Positions 7,448 through 15,348 of a DNA stretch of 20,000 nt are shown here, one piece after another. Source of the stretch: an uncultured virus (IMG/VR IMGVR_UViG_3300025648_000023) (Duplodnaviria > Heunggongvirae > Uroviricota > Caudoviricetes); the IMG/VR virus record IMGVR_UViG_3300025648_000023; one strand, 5' to 3'. Made by a program: the position numbers and the translations under genes. The notes beneath the pieces were generated by a model, which saw only the letters and a program-made list of their open reading frames with translations, ran no database searches and was not told the origin of the DNA. The first letter of the stretch is position 1. Each line of letters begins with the position of its first letter.

Positions 7448-7795
7448 TTAGTTAATTTTAAATCTTAAAATAGTTACTATCTCTCTAGGTGAAAAATCCT
7501 TATAAATATTTTCCATAGCTATTAATAAACCATCAAAAAATCGTGCTGAAATATTATAATTATCTATGTAATCAGTATCTCGTAAATCATCAAACTTGTA
7601 ATGATTTTGTGAAACTATTGTAGCTGTGCAAGTGGGGTCAATTCTAATAGGTGTATCAACTAACTTATAATTATCTTTAGTCCAGATAACCATAGGTTTA
7701 TTTTTGTCATACAGTCTCGCACCTCTAAGGCATACTGAATAAACTTGTTAACTATTAAAAGTGACATCATCTTTAAATGTTAGAATGTTTTCCAT
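7448..7795 (-). pseudogene. Hypothetical gene with an in-frame TAA at codon 16 (or shorter CDS 7448-7693)
   Basis: ATG 7795 gives MENILTFKDDVTFNS*QVYSVCLRGARLYDKNKP then continues in frame into MVIWTKD; TAA at 7748-7750. Confidence 0.5.
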
Positions 7796-8123
7796 TTGCT
7801 TGTTGTTTTAATTGATTAATAAATATTATGCAGTTGTATAGGGCTGTAAGGATCTCGAAGGGGGTGCCATATAAAAAACGAGCTGTGATAATTGTAAATA
7901 AATGTGTAGGTAATGACTTCTCTATTTCTTCTTCCTCCCTCACCTTCTCCCATACTTCGTGAAGCCAATCACAAGAAGGAATATGCCTATGAAAAATAGT
8001 ATCACCATTATGTAACTCAGAGTATGTATCACCATACATATTTTTACTTATCTCTAATCCCATATACTTCGCCACTACTTCGCTCATTTCAGCGATTGTG
8101 GGGGTTTCTTTATTCTGTTTCAT
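7773..8123 (-). CDS. Hypothetical phage protein
   Basis: 116 aa; VAKYMG...DWLHEVWEKV pattern. Confidence 0.7.
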   Translation of the reverse strand: MKQNKETPTIAEMSEVVAKYMGLEISKNMYGDTYSELHNGDTIFHRHIPSCDWLHEVWEKVREEEEIEKSLPTHLFTIITARFLYGTPFEILTALYNCIIFINQLKQQANGKHSNI

Positions 8124-8310
8124 TGATTAATTTTTTAATATCCAAATATCTATTCCATACGAATATTTGAGTTTCTGAATTTATTTCTATTTGCGCTGAT
8201 AAAGGTTTCTGTCCACAACAAGAACATATAAACATATCATCATTAATTATCTTCCCGATAACACCTTTAAATTGTCCTTTTAATATTTCTACTTCATCGC
8301 CGTTATTCAT
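8110..8310 (-). CDS. KOW-motif small protein
   Basis: GDEVEILKGQFKGVIGKI matches the KOW motif; inserted CSCC. Confidence 0.6.
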   Translation of the reverse strand: MNNGDEVEILKGQFKGVIGKIINDDMFICSCCGQKPLSAQIEINSETQIFVWNRYLDIKKLINETE

Positions 8311-8548
8311 TGATTAGTTTTTTAGCGTTAGATAATGCTGTTTGTATTTCTTCACACTTGATACCATTGTTTATTTGCTCTTGTGCAAAACCCTCTAGTA
8401 ATTTAACCAACTCCCTATGGCTTTCCTCTAGTGGGGTATAGTAGGTTTCGAATAGTTGCCTACAAGCTAGAACCATAGCACCTCTATCACTACCCTTAAA
8501 CTGGGTAAAAGTGTCTTGTATTACTTGTTCAATTTGTTCTTTTGTCAT
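8303..8548 (-). CDS. Hypothetical protein
   Basis: 81 aa ORF overlapping both neighbours. Confidence 0.7.
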   Translation of the reverse strand: MTKEQIEQVIQDTFTQFKGSDRGAMVLACRQLFETYYTPLEESHRELVKLLEGFAQEQINNGIKCEEIQTALSNAKKLINE

Positions 8549-8742
8549 TTCTTTTGTTTTAAAAGTTTAGTAACTTGTTCTTGATAACCTTCGCTTATGT
8601 TAGTACAAAGTTTCACCAATAACTTAAAATACTTTTGTTCTGTTTCGGACAAATCATCGTAGTGGTTATTGTCCATTTTTTCAAGACTATCTTTCAAGTC
8701 GGCGTATGTATTTTCAAACATACAATGGTTCATGTTAGACAT
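8545..8742 (-). CDS. Hypothetical phage protein (MSNM..C.FENT..DL type)
   Basis: N-terminal motif widespread in small phage proteins. Confidence 0.75.
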   Translation of the reverse strand: MSNMNHCMFENTYADLKDSLEKMDNNHYDDLSETEQKYFKLLVKLCTNISEGYQEQVTKLLKQKK

Positions 8743-8917
8743 TTTTCAATACTTTTTTAGTGTTATAAATCCCCTCTCTTAAATAAGTCTTATGCTTATC
8801 ACTACGGGGGTGTTTCATTAATCTTTTATACCTATCCAGTTGCATCTGCATCAGTGCTTCGCTAGTTGGTATCCCGTCACACCTTGCGATGAAGGTGTAG
8901 ATAGATTCGGGGGTCAT
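8735..8917 (-). CDS. Hypothetical protein
   Basis: 60 aa ORF in a packed operon. Confidence 0.65.
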   Translation of the reverse strand: MTPESIYTFIARCDGIPTSEALMQMQLDRYKRLMKHPRSDKHKTYLREGIYNTKKVLKNV

Positions 8918-8920
8918 AAA

Positions 8921-9214
8921 TTAACAAGGCTTAATTAAGTTCCACAATTCTAGTTTAGCTTCGAGTATTTCGGACGGGGTGGCGTGAAGTAGTTGTTGCT
9001 CTAATATAAATGCTTTTCTACCTTCACTATCTAATCGTCTATACCTAAAGTCATTACCATCGAAAACATCAAGCCATAAGCGTTTTCTAGGGTCTTTATA
9101 TCTAACTTGTACTTCATACCAATATGGGATATTACTGTACCAATTAGTACCTAACTTTATTTCTATTCGAACTTTCTTTCCATCTTCTCGTTTAATTACT
9201 TTCTCGTGTCTCAT
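8921..9214 (-). CDS. Hypothetical protein
   Basis: 97 aa ORF with an A-rich initiation region. Confidence 0.7.
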   Translation of the reverse strand: MRHEKVIKREDGKKVRIEIKLGTNWYSNIPYWYEVQVRYKDPRKRLWLDVFDGNDFRYRRLDSEGRKAFILEQQLLHATPSEILEAKLELWNLIKPC

Positions 9215-9235
9215 TTTTTTTAGTTTTACTTGTGA

Positions 9236-9505
9236 TTAAATATTACCTTCTGCTTTGGCGAGTATTTTCCTTACATTATATAATAATACTTCAAAATCAC
9301 TATTACCCCTTAATGGTTCAATTTTTTCAATCTGATATAATAGTTCATACATATCAGGCGCACTTGCTATTAATTGGGCGTTAGCTTGTCTATCAACCTC
9401 ATTAAAGCCATGAACATCAGCTATTAATAACTCGTCAGTAGCCACTTTATATGACTTACCTAACATTTCTACTTTCCATTCCCCTTATGTGTGATTACTT
9501 TTCAT
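9236..9505 (-). pseudogene. HT.G.W...ANA.LIA.AP family phage gene with an in-frame TAA at codon 7 (or shorter CDS 9236-9466)
   Basis: ATG 9505 gives MKSNHT*GEWKVE then in frame MLGKSY...ANAQLIASAPDMYELL; TAA at 9485-9487 falls inside the family's usual N-terminal HT(P/K)G(P/E)W motif. Confidence 0.65.
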
Positions 9506-9531
9506 TTTTTCTATTTTTTAATTTGATACAG

Positions 9532-9539
9532 CAAAAGTA
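9532..9539 (-). promoter_or_regulatory. Leftward Bacteroidota -7 element TACTTTTG
   Basis: Matches TAnnTTTG, 26 nt upstream of ATG 9505 in the divergent intergenic region. Confidence 0.7.
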
Positions 9540-9569
9540 AGGGTATTTATTGAAACTATTAAATAAATA

Positions 9570-9599
9570 TTGTTAAAGTTTTAAAATAAAATTTAACAA
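9570..9599. promoter_or_regulatory. Inverted repeat between divergent promoters (operator candidate)
   Basis: TTGTTAAA-G-TTTTA-AAA-TAAAA-TTTAACAA. Confidence 0.4.
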
Positions 9600-9608
9600 A
9601 TAAAATTA

Positions 9609-9638
9609 TTGCTATTCCAAATTATACCTATATATTTG
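9609..9638 (+). promoter_or_regulatory. Rightward Bacteroidota promoter (TTG -33, TATATTTG -7)
   Basis: TTG 9609-9611, 19-nt spacer, TATATTTG 9631-9638. Confidence 0.75.
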
Positions 9639-9662
9639 CATCAGATTAAAAATGAAATAAAA

Positions 9663-9848
9663 ATGAAAGGTAAAGATTTAATAGTAGGCTCTATAATAGA
9701 AGCATTAAATGGAGTTAAAATCTGGGAAAGAAAAACAATCACACGGGTTAGTGATAAATATGTATGGTTTAATAATAGCGGCTACGCAAGAATAGCTAAA
9801 ACCACATTTGACAATTACCCACAATTATATAGAATTATCTCACTTTAA
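9663..9848 (+). CDS. Hypothetical protein (61 aa)
   Basis: Start moved to ATG 9663 because the ORF-track TTG at 9609 is the promoter -33 element. Confidence 0.65.
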   Translation: MKGKDLIVGSIIEALNGVKIWERKTITRVSDKYVWFNNSGYARIAKTTFDNYPQLYRIISL

Positions 9849-9863
9849 TTAAACACTAATAAT

Positions 9864-10118
9864 ATGATAGCAGGAGAACAATTAGATTTAGCCAATAGTA
9901 AATTGGTAGCATTAAAGCCCAAAGTAAAACTTTGTGACATTGAATACCTTACAAAGCGTGGCGAATTAGGAAAGCCTAAAGTTTGTAGTAACCCCACATA
10001 CTATAAGTATATCAATGGGAACGGTACAAACGAAAACTTGGCACAAGTTATTTACCGGGAACTTTCAAAAGTTATGAAGGCTCGTGGCGTTGATGTAGAC
10101 GCATTACTTAACAATTAA
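9864..10118 (+). CDS. Hypothetical protein, possibly a Cro-like DNA-binding protein
   Basis: 84 aa, near the divergent promoter; CSNPTYYKYING loosely resembles an HTH recognition helix. Confidence 0.4.
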   Translation: MIAGEQLDLANSKLVALKPKVKLCDIEYLTKRGELGKPKVCSNPTYYKYINGNGTNENLAQVIYRELSKVMKARGVDVDALLNN

Positions 10119-10129
10119 ACCCCTTAACA

Positions 10130-10423
10130 ATGAACGACTTAATAGAAAAGTTAGACCCTGAAATTGATTGCGACAAAGAAGGGTGTGGTTACACAGAAAA
10201 AACTAAATATGAATTACTAAAGGAATTTATTAATAAACGTTGCCCTAAATGTGGCAGTAATTTATTAACGTTAGATGATTATTTGGATATGGTACAAGTA
10301 GTTGATTTTGTAGATAATCTAAATACATTACTATCCCCTCTAATAAAAGACGAACCCGAAACAGACGAGGGAACAGTTATTTATGTTAAAATGCACAATG
10401 GTAAAAATATTGCTAACAATTAA
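10130..10423 (+). CDS. Zinc-ribbon protein
   Basis: CDKEGC and CPKCG Cys pairs. Confidence 0.65.
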   Translation: MNDLIEKLDPEIDCDKEGCGYTEKTKYELLKEFINKRCPKCGSNLLTLDDYLDMVQVVDFVDNLNTLLSPLIKDEPETDEGTVIYVKMHNGKNIANN

Positions 10424-10434
10424 ACTAAACAAAA

Positions 10435-11127
10435 ATGAAAAAAGTAGATTTCACAATTAAGGGGGCTAGGTTGCCCGTGATACCGAAGGGGACGGCGTAT
10501 AATGTCACGAACACAAATGAACACTATTTAGGATTACAAAAGAGGAATGAAGATTTAGTTTCTTTCGGGAAACATATTAATACCGAAATACTTGCAGAAA
10601 AAAAAGAATATAGGGGGGCTCTTTTATATATCTTCAAGTTGTCAGACATCGAACGCCTAGCAGAAGAACAGGGTATGTTGTATGAAAAGGAAACTGAAAG
10701 AGATTGGACTGGGGTGAAGTTTAGATGCAAAGGAGAAGTATTTGTTTGGGAGTTAAAGAAGCAAAGTGAAGGATATGGGATAGTTGGCGTTTCGTTACCT
10801 TCAATAATTTCTGTTGATAAAATAGTGTCAAACTTCGCAGATGGAACTTGGGTAGAAGTAAAGGAAGAAAGCGAAGAAGATAAGCGTACTAGAATGGCTG
10901 AAACGCTTACTGAAAATATATTTGGCAAGGATGCTTTAACCCCCTCCCTTCGTGACCTATTAGAAGATGCTTTCGCCCACGAAAGAAATATCCGTAAGGG
11001 TTGCCCTATGTGGAAAGGTGTAGACGAAAATGAAAGATTGGAACAGGTGAAACAAGAATGGAGTAAGTTAAGGGAAGTGGTAAAGCAATTAGATAATATA
11101 TTAAATGATAAGAAATGGAATGGATAA
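10435..11127 (+). CDS. Hypothetical protein
   Basis: 230 aa, protein-like composition, collinear with the operon. Confidence 0.75.
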   Translation: MKKVDFTIKGARLPVIPKGTAYNVTNTNEHYLGLQKRNEDLVSFGKHINTEILAEKKEYRGALLYIFKLSDIERLAEEQGMLYEKETERDWTGVKFRCKGEVFVWELKKQSEGYGIVGVSLPSIISVDKIVSNFADGTWVEVKEESEEDKRTRMAETLTENIFGKDALTPSLRDLLEDAFAHERNIRKGCPMWKGVDENERLEQVKQEWSKLREVVKQLDNILNDKKWNG

Positions 11128-11372
11128 GTGTAAAAGATAAGTTGCCAGATGATAAGCGGAAAAAATGGGGAGTAAGAGTTTATTGCTATTATCTTAATTA
11201 CCAAACAGATAAACGAAAGTTTTATAATCAGGATATTTTATCATTTAAAAATGGCATTTTTTTCTATGGATTAAATTGCGTAAAAGAAGTTTACTATTGG
11301 ATGCCTTTACTAAAAACACCTAAAATTAGAAGAAATGAAAGAACTACAAGCACACGACAAGCTAAAAGATAG
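11115..11372 (+). CDS. DUF551-like phage protein
   Basis: MEWISVKDKLP ... VYYWMPL. Confidence 0.75.
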   Translation: MEWISVKDKLPDDKRKKWGVRVYCYYLNYQTDKRKFYNQDILSFKNGIFFYGLNCVKEVYYWMPLLKTPKIRRNERTTSTRQAKR

Positions 11373-11706
11373 GATACAGATTACTGCTAAGAAAAATAAT
11401 CAGCAAGAAACTGAATTACTATTAACGGGAACGCTTGCCCCAAAATCAGGGCATAAACTTTGGGAAATACACGAGGCAACTATGGTAATCAAAGAAGCTA
11501 AATTTAACTCTAATAAAGACATTAGTTTTCATAAGGCAGCCCGTAAAGATTATAGTGGTATTAATGACTTAATAAAAAATGATGGATGTGTTTATATCCC
11601 TTCATTGAATAAGCAGAACGCACTAAGGCTTTATAGACAAAACCCAAAGCAAGAAGCATACTATAAAAAAGAGGCTTTAATGAGGTTATCGGAAACACAT
11701 TTTTAA
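11335..11706 (+). CDS. Hypothetical protein
   Basis: 123 aa ORF. Confidence 0.7.
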   Translation: MKELQAHDKLKDRIQITAKKNNQQETELLLTGTLAPKSGHKLWEIHEATMVIKEAKFNSNKDISFHKAARKDYSGINDLIKNDGCVYIPSLNKQNALRLYRQNPKQEAYYKKEALMRLSETHF

Positions 11707-11729
11707 TTCACAATTAACCAATAAATAAA

Positions 11730-12125
11730 ATGAGACAAGTACTTTTCAAGGCAAAACGAGTAGATAACGGCGAATGGGTAAAGGGATTCTACGAGTATAA
11801 TAAAGACGATGATATGCACTTCATCAGGACTTATGAAAATCGGGATACGATAGAGGTTGTACCCGAAACGGTTTGCCAATATATTTGGATAACCGATTGT
11901 AAAGATGTAAAGATATTTGACGATGATATTAGGAAAGATAATGAAGGTACTGAATTTAGAATTTATCGCACTTTTGGCGGCTTTATTATTAAGGCTAGAT
12001 ATTGTATGAGTGATATTAAAGACTTGGTATCTGGAGACGAATTAATATTCAAAAGTTTATCCGACCCACAAATTGCAGACTGGTTAATAAATGATACTAT
12101 TCACGTTTACAACATTCACGACTAA
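11730..12125 (+). CDS. YopX-family protein
   Basis: MRQVLFKAKRVDNGEWVKG, EVVPETVCQY, KIFDDDI, NIHD terminus. Confidence 0.8.
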   Translation: MRQVLFKAKRVDNGEWVKGFYEYNKDDDMHFIRTYENRDTIEVVPETVCQYIWITDCKDVKIFDDDIRKDNEGTEFRIYRTFGGFIIKARYCMSDIKDLVSGDELIFKSLSDPQIADWLINDTIHVYNIHD

Positions 12126-12135
12126 CCCCCTACCC

Positions 12136-12225
12136 ATGCTACTACTAACGATTGCCACAATGATAGCCTATACAGTTAAATGCTATGTAACGGCGGTAAG
12201 GATGCCGAATGATATGGAGTTATAA
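12136..12225 (+). CDS. 29-aa hydrophobic peptide
   Basis: MLLLTIATMIAYTVKCYVTAVRMPNDMEL* fills a gap. Confidence 0.4.
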   Translation: MLLLTIATMIAYTVKCYVTAVRMPNDMEL

Positions 12226-12246
12226 ACCACTTAAATATAATAAATT

Positions 12247-12327
12247 ATGAAACACAACTTTCCCCTCGGTCATAAATTCGGTGGTAATAAAAAGAAACCT
12301 TATAGGACTAAACAAGTAGAATTATGA
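12247..12327 (+). CDS. 26-aa basic peptide
   Basis: MKHNFPLGHKFGGNKKKPYRTKQVEL*; ATGA coupling to the next gene. Confidence 0.5.
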   Translation: MKHNFPLGHKFGGNKKKPYRTKQVEL

Positions 12328-12536
12328 TAGAAGAATTTAAGCCCCCTGATTCATTTATTTTTGATAGGCAAAAAATAATATATGTGGGGGATAGTGACAT
12401 AGCCCCCGATGGCAAAAAAATGAATAAGAAAATGCACGTCTATCAATATGAAACGGGGCATAAAAAAGGACAAAAAGAGTACTTTAGTAGTGGTAATATT
12501 GGTTATTATATGGGACTTGAAAAACAAACATTATGA
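12324..12536 (+). CDS. Hypothetical protein
   Basis: 70 aa, ATGA overlaps on both sides. Confidence 0.7.
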   Translation: MIEEFKPPDSFIFDRQKIIYVGDSDIAPDGKKMNKKMHVYQYETGHKKGQKEYFSSGNIGYYMGLEKQTL

Positions 12537-12727
12537 GTGAAGTTTTTAAATACGATAAACATAATTCTGTTGAAGTGGGGTTCGGGAACATTATATTTAC
12601 TAACGACTTTAACTCCCCTTTTGATGAGAAGTGTTTCATTGACCTAGAACATTGGGATATGGTAAAATTATTTGTTGATACTAAAATAAAAGAAAATGGA
12701 AAAGAAAAATCCGACACAATCGGCTAA
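12533..12727 (+). CDS. Hypothetical protein
   Basis: 64 aa, packed. Confidence 0.65.
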   Translation: MSEVFKYDKHNSVEVGFGNIIFTNDFNSPFDEKCFIDLEHWDMVKLFVDTKIKENGKEKSDTIG

Positions 12728-13049
12728 GGTAACTAAGCACGGGAAGGTAGTAGCCCACTTAATGAAGTACAAAACAATTACAAGTTGGCAAGCAATACAA
12801 CTTTACGGGCATACTCGAATAGGTCAAAGTATATTGTTATTAAGGCGTGGGGGATGGGATATTTCAACAGTACCAAAGACCGCACACGATAGGTTTAATA
12901 ACGAATGTACCTATGCACAATATCTTTTGGTATCTACTCCAAAGGATAGCGGGTTACAGACTAATTTTGATAATGAAACGCAATCACTCCCCACTAAAGA
13001 AGTTTTAGATAAGGTAGGGGAATTTCAACAACAATCCTTATTTTCGTAA
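12696..13049 (+). CDS. Winged-HTH protein with C-terminal beta-clamp-binding-like motif
   Basis: ITSWQAIQLYGHTRIGQSILLLRRGGWDI is a typical phage HTH; terminal QQSLFS fits QxSLF. Confidence 0.75.
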   Translation: MEKKNPTQSAKVTKHGKVVAHLMKYKTITSWQAIQLYGHTRIGQSILLLRRGGWDISTVPKTAHDRFNNECTYAQYLLVSTPKDSGLQTNFDNETQSLPTKEVLDKVGEFQQQSLFS

Positions 13050-13070
13050 CCGACTAAATTTTAAAAGATT

Positions 13071-13604
13071 ATGATACTCATAACAACCCCCGAACAATTA
13101 CTAGAAGAAATATGTACTTTGTTCAATGCCGATGTAAAGGCAGTTAGAAGTAAAAGAAGGTTTAGAGACTTAGTTAAGATAAGGCAGTATTATTCCTTTG
13201 TGGGGGATGTTTACTATCACTTCTCTTTAATATCATTAGGCAAGGCTATTGGGGAGAGAGACCACACAACGATAATTCACGGTAGGGATACCTTAATAGA
13301 CCAATTATCGGTAAGCGATGCAGTTGCTTTTAATGATATAGAACTATTGAAAGCCCACTTGGAACTAAATGTTCAAGACCAAAAAGAATACGAACAACTA
13401 GAACAAGAGTACAATGATTTAGTAAGGGATTTCGCCCAATTAAAAGGATTAAACAAACGCCTACAAAGGGAGAAGAACGAACTAATAAACAAGAACATCA
13501 CCCTACGACAAGAACTGAAAAAATACCGTCCTACGGGGATTTTCGGGCAACCAATTACAGTAACCCCACTAAACAATAATCAAGATGCAAGAAACACCCC
13601 TTAA
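13071..13604 (+). CDS. DnaA C-terminal (domain IV) HTH protein with coiled coil
   Basis: VRSKRRFRDLVKIRQ, SLISLGKAIGERDHTTIIHG (DnaA signature IG..FG.RDHTTV.H); heptad-rich C-terminal half; no AAA+ domain. Confidence 0.8.
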   Translation: MILITTPEQLLEEICTLFNADVKAVRSKRRFRDLVKIRQYYSFVGDVYYHFSLISLGKAIGERDHTTIIHGRDTLIDQLSVSDAVAFNDIELLKAHLELNVQDQKEYEQLEQEYNDLVRDFAQLKGLNKRLQREKNELINKNITLRQELKKYRPTGIFGQPITVTPLNNNQDARNTP

Positions 13605-13665
13605 TAGCCTTCTAATTTGGCAAGATGATGATTGGGATAATGTTCACACCGAAAACGAAATTTAA
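13585..13665 (+). CDS. 26-aa acidic peptide
   Basis: MQETPLNSLLIWQDDDWDNVHTENEI*; TAATG coupling to the next gene. Confidence 0.5.
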   Translation: MQETPLNSLLIWQDDDWDNVHTENEI

Positions 13666-13877
13666 TGGCAGTAATTAAGCACACAAGCAATAATATCCCA
13701 TACGAAACGAAAGGTAACCTGATGCAAGTTTTTATAGTCCCTATTACGGGGAGACATAGCCTAGAAGAAGTAAAGAAAGCCAAGGACGAACTAGAAGCCC
13801 GTTATATTCACTATAATGTTTCTATCCAATGGCAAAGGGACATCTTAACCCAACAAAAAAGCCCCAACAAATCGTAG
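13665..13877 (+). CDS. Hypothetical protein
   Basis: 70 aa, last gene of the + block. Confidence 0.65.
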   Translation: MAVIKHTSNNIPYETKGNLMQVFIVPITGRHSLEEVKKAKDELEARYIHYNVSIQWQRDILTQQKSPNKS

Positions 13878-13889
13878 GGGCTTTTTTTT
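13855..13889. terminator. Bidirectional rho-independent terminator
   Basis: A6-GCCCCAAC-AAATC-GTAGGGGC-T8 between convergent genes. Confidence 0.9.
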
Positions 13890-14202
13890 ATTGCTTAATA
13901 GGTCGCTGCTTTTCTAGTGCATCCCTACAAGACTTTATTTCTTCGCTGCTTAGGGTTCTGCCACTTTCGTTAATCATTACTACTCCTAATAGTTCTTGCC
14001 ATAGATATTCCGCTACTTGGTAGTTTCTTTTTGCAAGGGGGGCATCGTAACCTTTTAAAATCCCATTTTCGACACCTTCAATGAATATTTCGGGGTCTAT
14101 GGTTGGCAAAGTTTCCCCAATAGTACTGATGGTATATAAATCTTCTATTTCTTCTGGGCTTAATGCCGCCCACCAAGCTAATGCTTTGTCACTTGTTGTC
14201 AT
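13888..14202 (-). CDS. Hypothetical protein
   Basis: 104 aa ORF ending at the terminator. Confidence 0.7.
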   Translation of the reverse strand: MTTSDKALAWWAALSPEEIEDLYTISTIGETLPTIDPEIFIEGVENGILKGYDAPLAKRNYQVAEYLWQELLGVVMINESGRTLSSEEIKSCRDALEKQRPIKQ

Positions 14203-14211
14203 AACGTTTTT

Positions 14212-14385
14212 TTAATTTACATAAAAACACAATACGGATGCTAGTGTCAATAATATAGGTATTATAACACCGTATCCAAATTTATATACCAAACCTTCTT
14301 TTGTTTTAATTGCACAATATATTGACAATAGAATAGGTATAATCATAAAACCACCTATTAAACAATAGCTTAAATGAATGCTCAT
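14212..14385 (-). CDS. 57-aa two-TM membrane protein
   Basis: MSIHLSYCLIGGFMIIPILLSIYCAIKTKEGLVYKFGYGVIIPILLTLASVLCFYVN*; ATGA overlap. Confidence 0.65.
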   Translation of the reverse strand: MSIHLSYCLIGGFMIIPILLSIYCAIKTKEGLVYKFGYGVIIPILLTLASVLCFYVN

Positions 14386-14570
14386 AACTTCAATTTTATA
14401 CGGTTAAGTCTATCTTTTCTTCGCTGCAATATATCGTATCTTTTAGTAAGGGGGATAACAACGCTATTGTCTTTACTTTTAAGTAGGGCTTTTCTTACTT
14501 TGTTTTGTTCCAGTTCTACTATGAAATACAGCCTAAAACATCTTATAAAGGGGCTTTCTTGCTTACTCAT
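14382..14570 (-). CDS. Basic hypothetical protein
   Basis: 62 aa, packed. Confidence 0.6.
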   Translation of the reverse strand: MSKQESPFIRCFRLYFIVELEQNKVRKALLKSKDNSVVIPLTKRYDILQRRKDRLNRIKLKL

Positions 14571-14766
14571 TTATATACGCATCTTTAACAAATACTACAA
14601 TGTTTTTTGGGCAAGCGGGGATTAGTAACCTCCCTACTACTATTTGAGAGAAGCCTTTCCCTAAAATAGACCCTGCGTATATATCCCCTATTTGTGGGGT
14701 TATTGTTCCTTCATAGGTTATTAAAGTCTTTCTTGTTTGTTCTTCTTGAACTTCTATTGAGTACAT
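14563..14766 (-). CDS. Hypothetical protein
   Basis: 67 aa, packed. Confidence 0.7.
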   Translation of the reverse strand: MYSIEVQEEQTRKTLITYEGTITPQIGDIYAGSILGKGFSQIVVGRLLIPACPKNIVVFVKDAYINE

Positions 14767-14773
14767 AATTTAT

Positions 14774-14929
14774 TTATTTAGCTTCAAATTCTTGTTGCAA
14801 TATTGCCCTTAGTTCCCTTTGTAATTGCTTCTTTTTGTTCTTTGCTGCAAAGGGGTTTTTACATTTCCCCAACCGAAGATTATCGTTAATTTTATTAATC
14901 GCTGATTGTAGCTTATACTTATCCATCAT
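14774..14929 (-). CDS. Small basic hypothetical protein
   Basis: MMDKYKLQSAINKINDNLRLGKCKNPF...QQEFEAK*; ATGA overlap. Confidence 0.6.
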   Translation of the reverse strand: MMDKYKLQSAINKINDNLRLGKCKNPFAAKNKKKQLQRELRAILQQEFEAK

Positions 14930-15156
14930 AGATAAGACTTTTGATTGTGAACAAAACGTTTACTTACTTCGGGATTATCTCCCTTACGTCTATTTTCAGT
15001 AAACGGTAAATCAATAGGGTAAAGTTCATCTAGTTGGGTTTTGTCAATCCATACCCCCTTGTGATAGTATTTACCCCCTTCATTATCCATTTTAAAGGGA
15101 AGTGATAACCGTATATTTTTATTCTTTGTGTACTCTGCTACTGATAGTATTGCCAT
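14926..15156 (-). CDS. Hypothetical protein
   Basis: 76 aa, packed. Confidence 0.7.
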   Translation of the reverse strand: MAILSVAEYTKNKNIRLSLPFKMDNEGGKYYHKGVWIDKTQLDELYPIDLPFTENRRKGDNPEVSKRFVHNQKSYL

Positions 15157-15159
15157 TGA

Positions 15160-15315
15160 TTACGCTATTTGGTTGAGATTATATTTGTTTCCTAAAACAT
15201 CAAAGAAAAAGTTCCCTTTGCCTTTCTTCCCGCTATAATGTGAGAAAGTTACTTCTGTAATCTTTCCCACTATTCTAAGGATTACAATATCCCCTTTAAT
15301 ATATCCTATTCCCAT
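15160..15315 (-). CDS. Small hypothetical protein (51 aa)
   Basis: MGIGYIKGDIVILRIVGKITEV...NQIA* fills a gap. Confidence 0.6.
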   Translation of the reverse strand: MGIGYIKGDIVILRIVGKITEVTFSHYSGKKGKGNFFFDVLGNKYNLNQIA

Positions 15316-15348
15316 TGCTTAAAAATGTTTAAAAGTGATTAATTATGT

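Noticed and set aside
10812..10820. Isolated TGTTGATA matches (also near 12673 and 19746)
   Set aside because: Single copies within coding sequence are expected by chance in AT-rich DNA.
10524..11204. 226-aa minus-strand ORF
   Set aside because: Antisense shadow of 10435-11127 with S/F/L-rich composition, against the operon direction.
12126..12246. tRNA or ncRNA in the gap after yopX
   Set aside because: No cloverleaf or T-loop motif; the gap is explained by a short ORF.
13071..13604. True chromosomal dnaA and a dnaA-dnaN origin locus
   Set aside because: No AAA+ domain, phage gene context, and the clamp gene is in a separate convergent operon.
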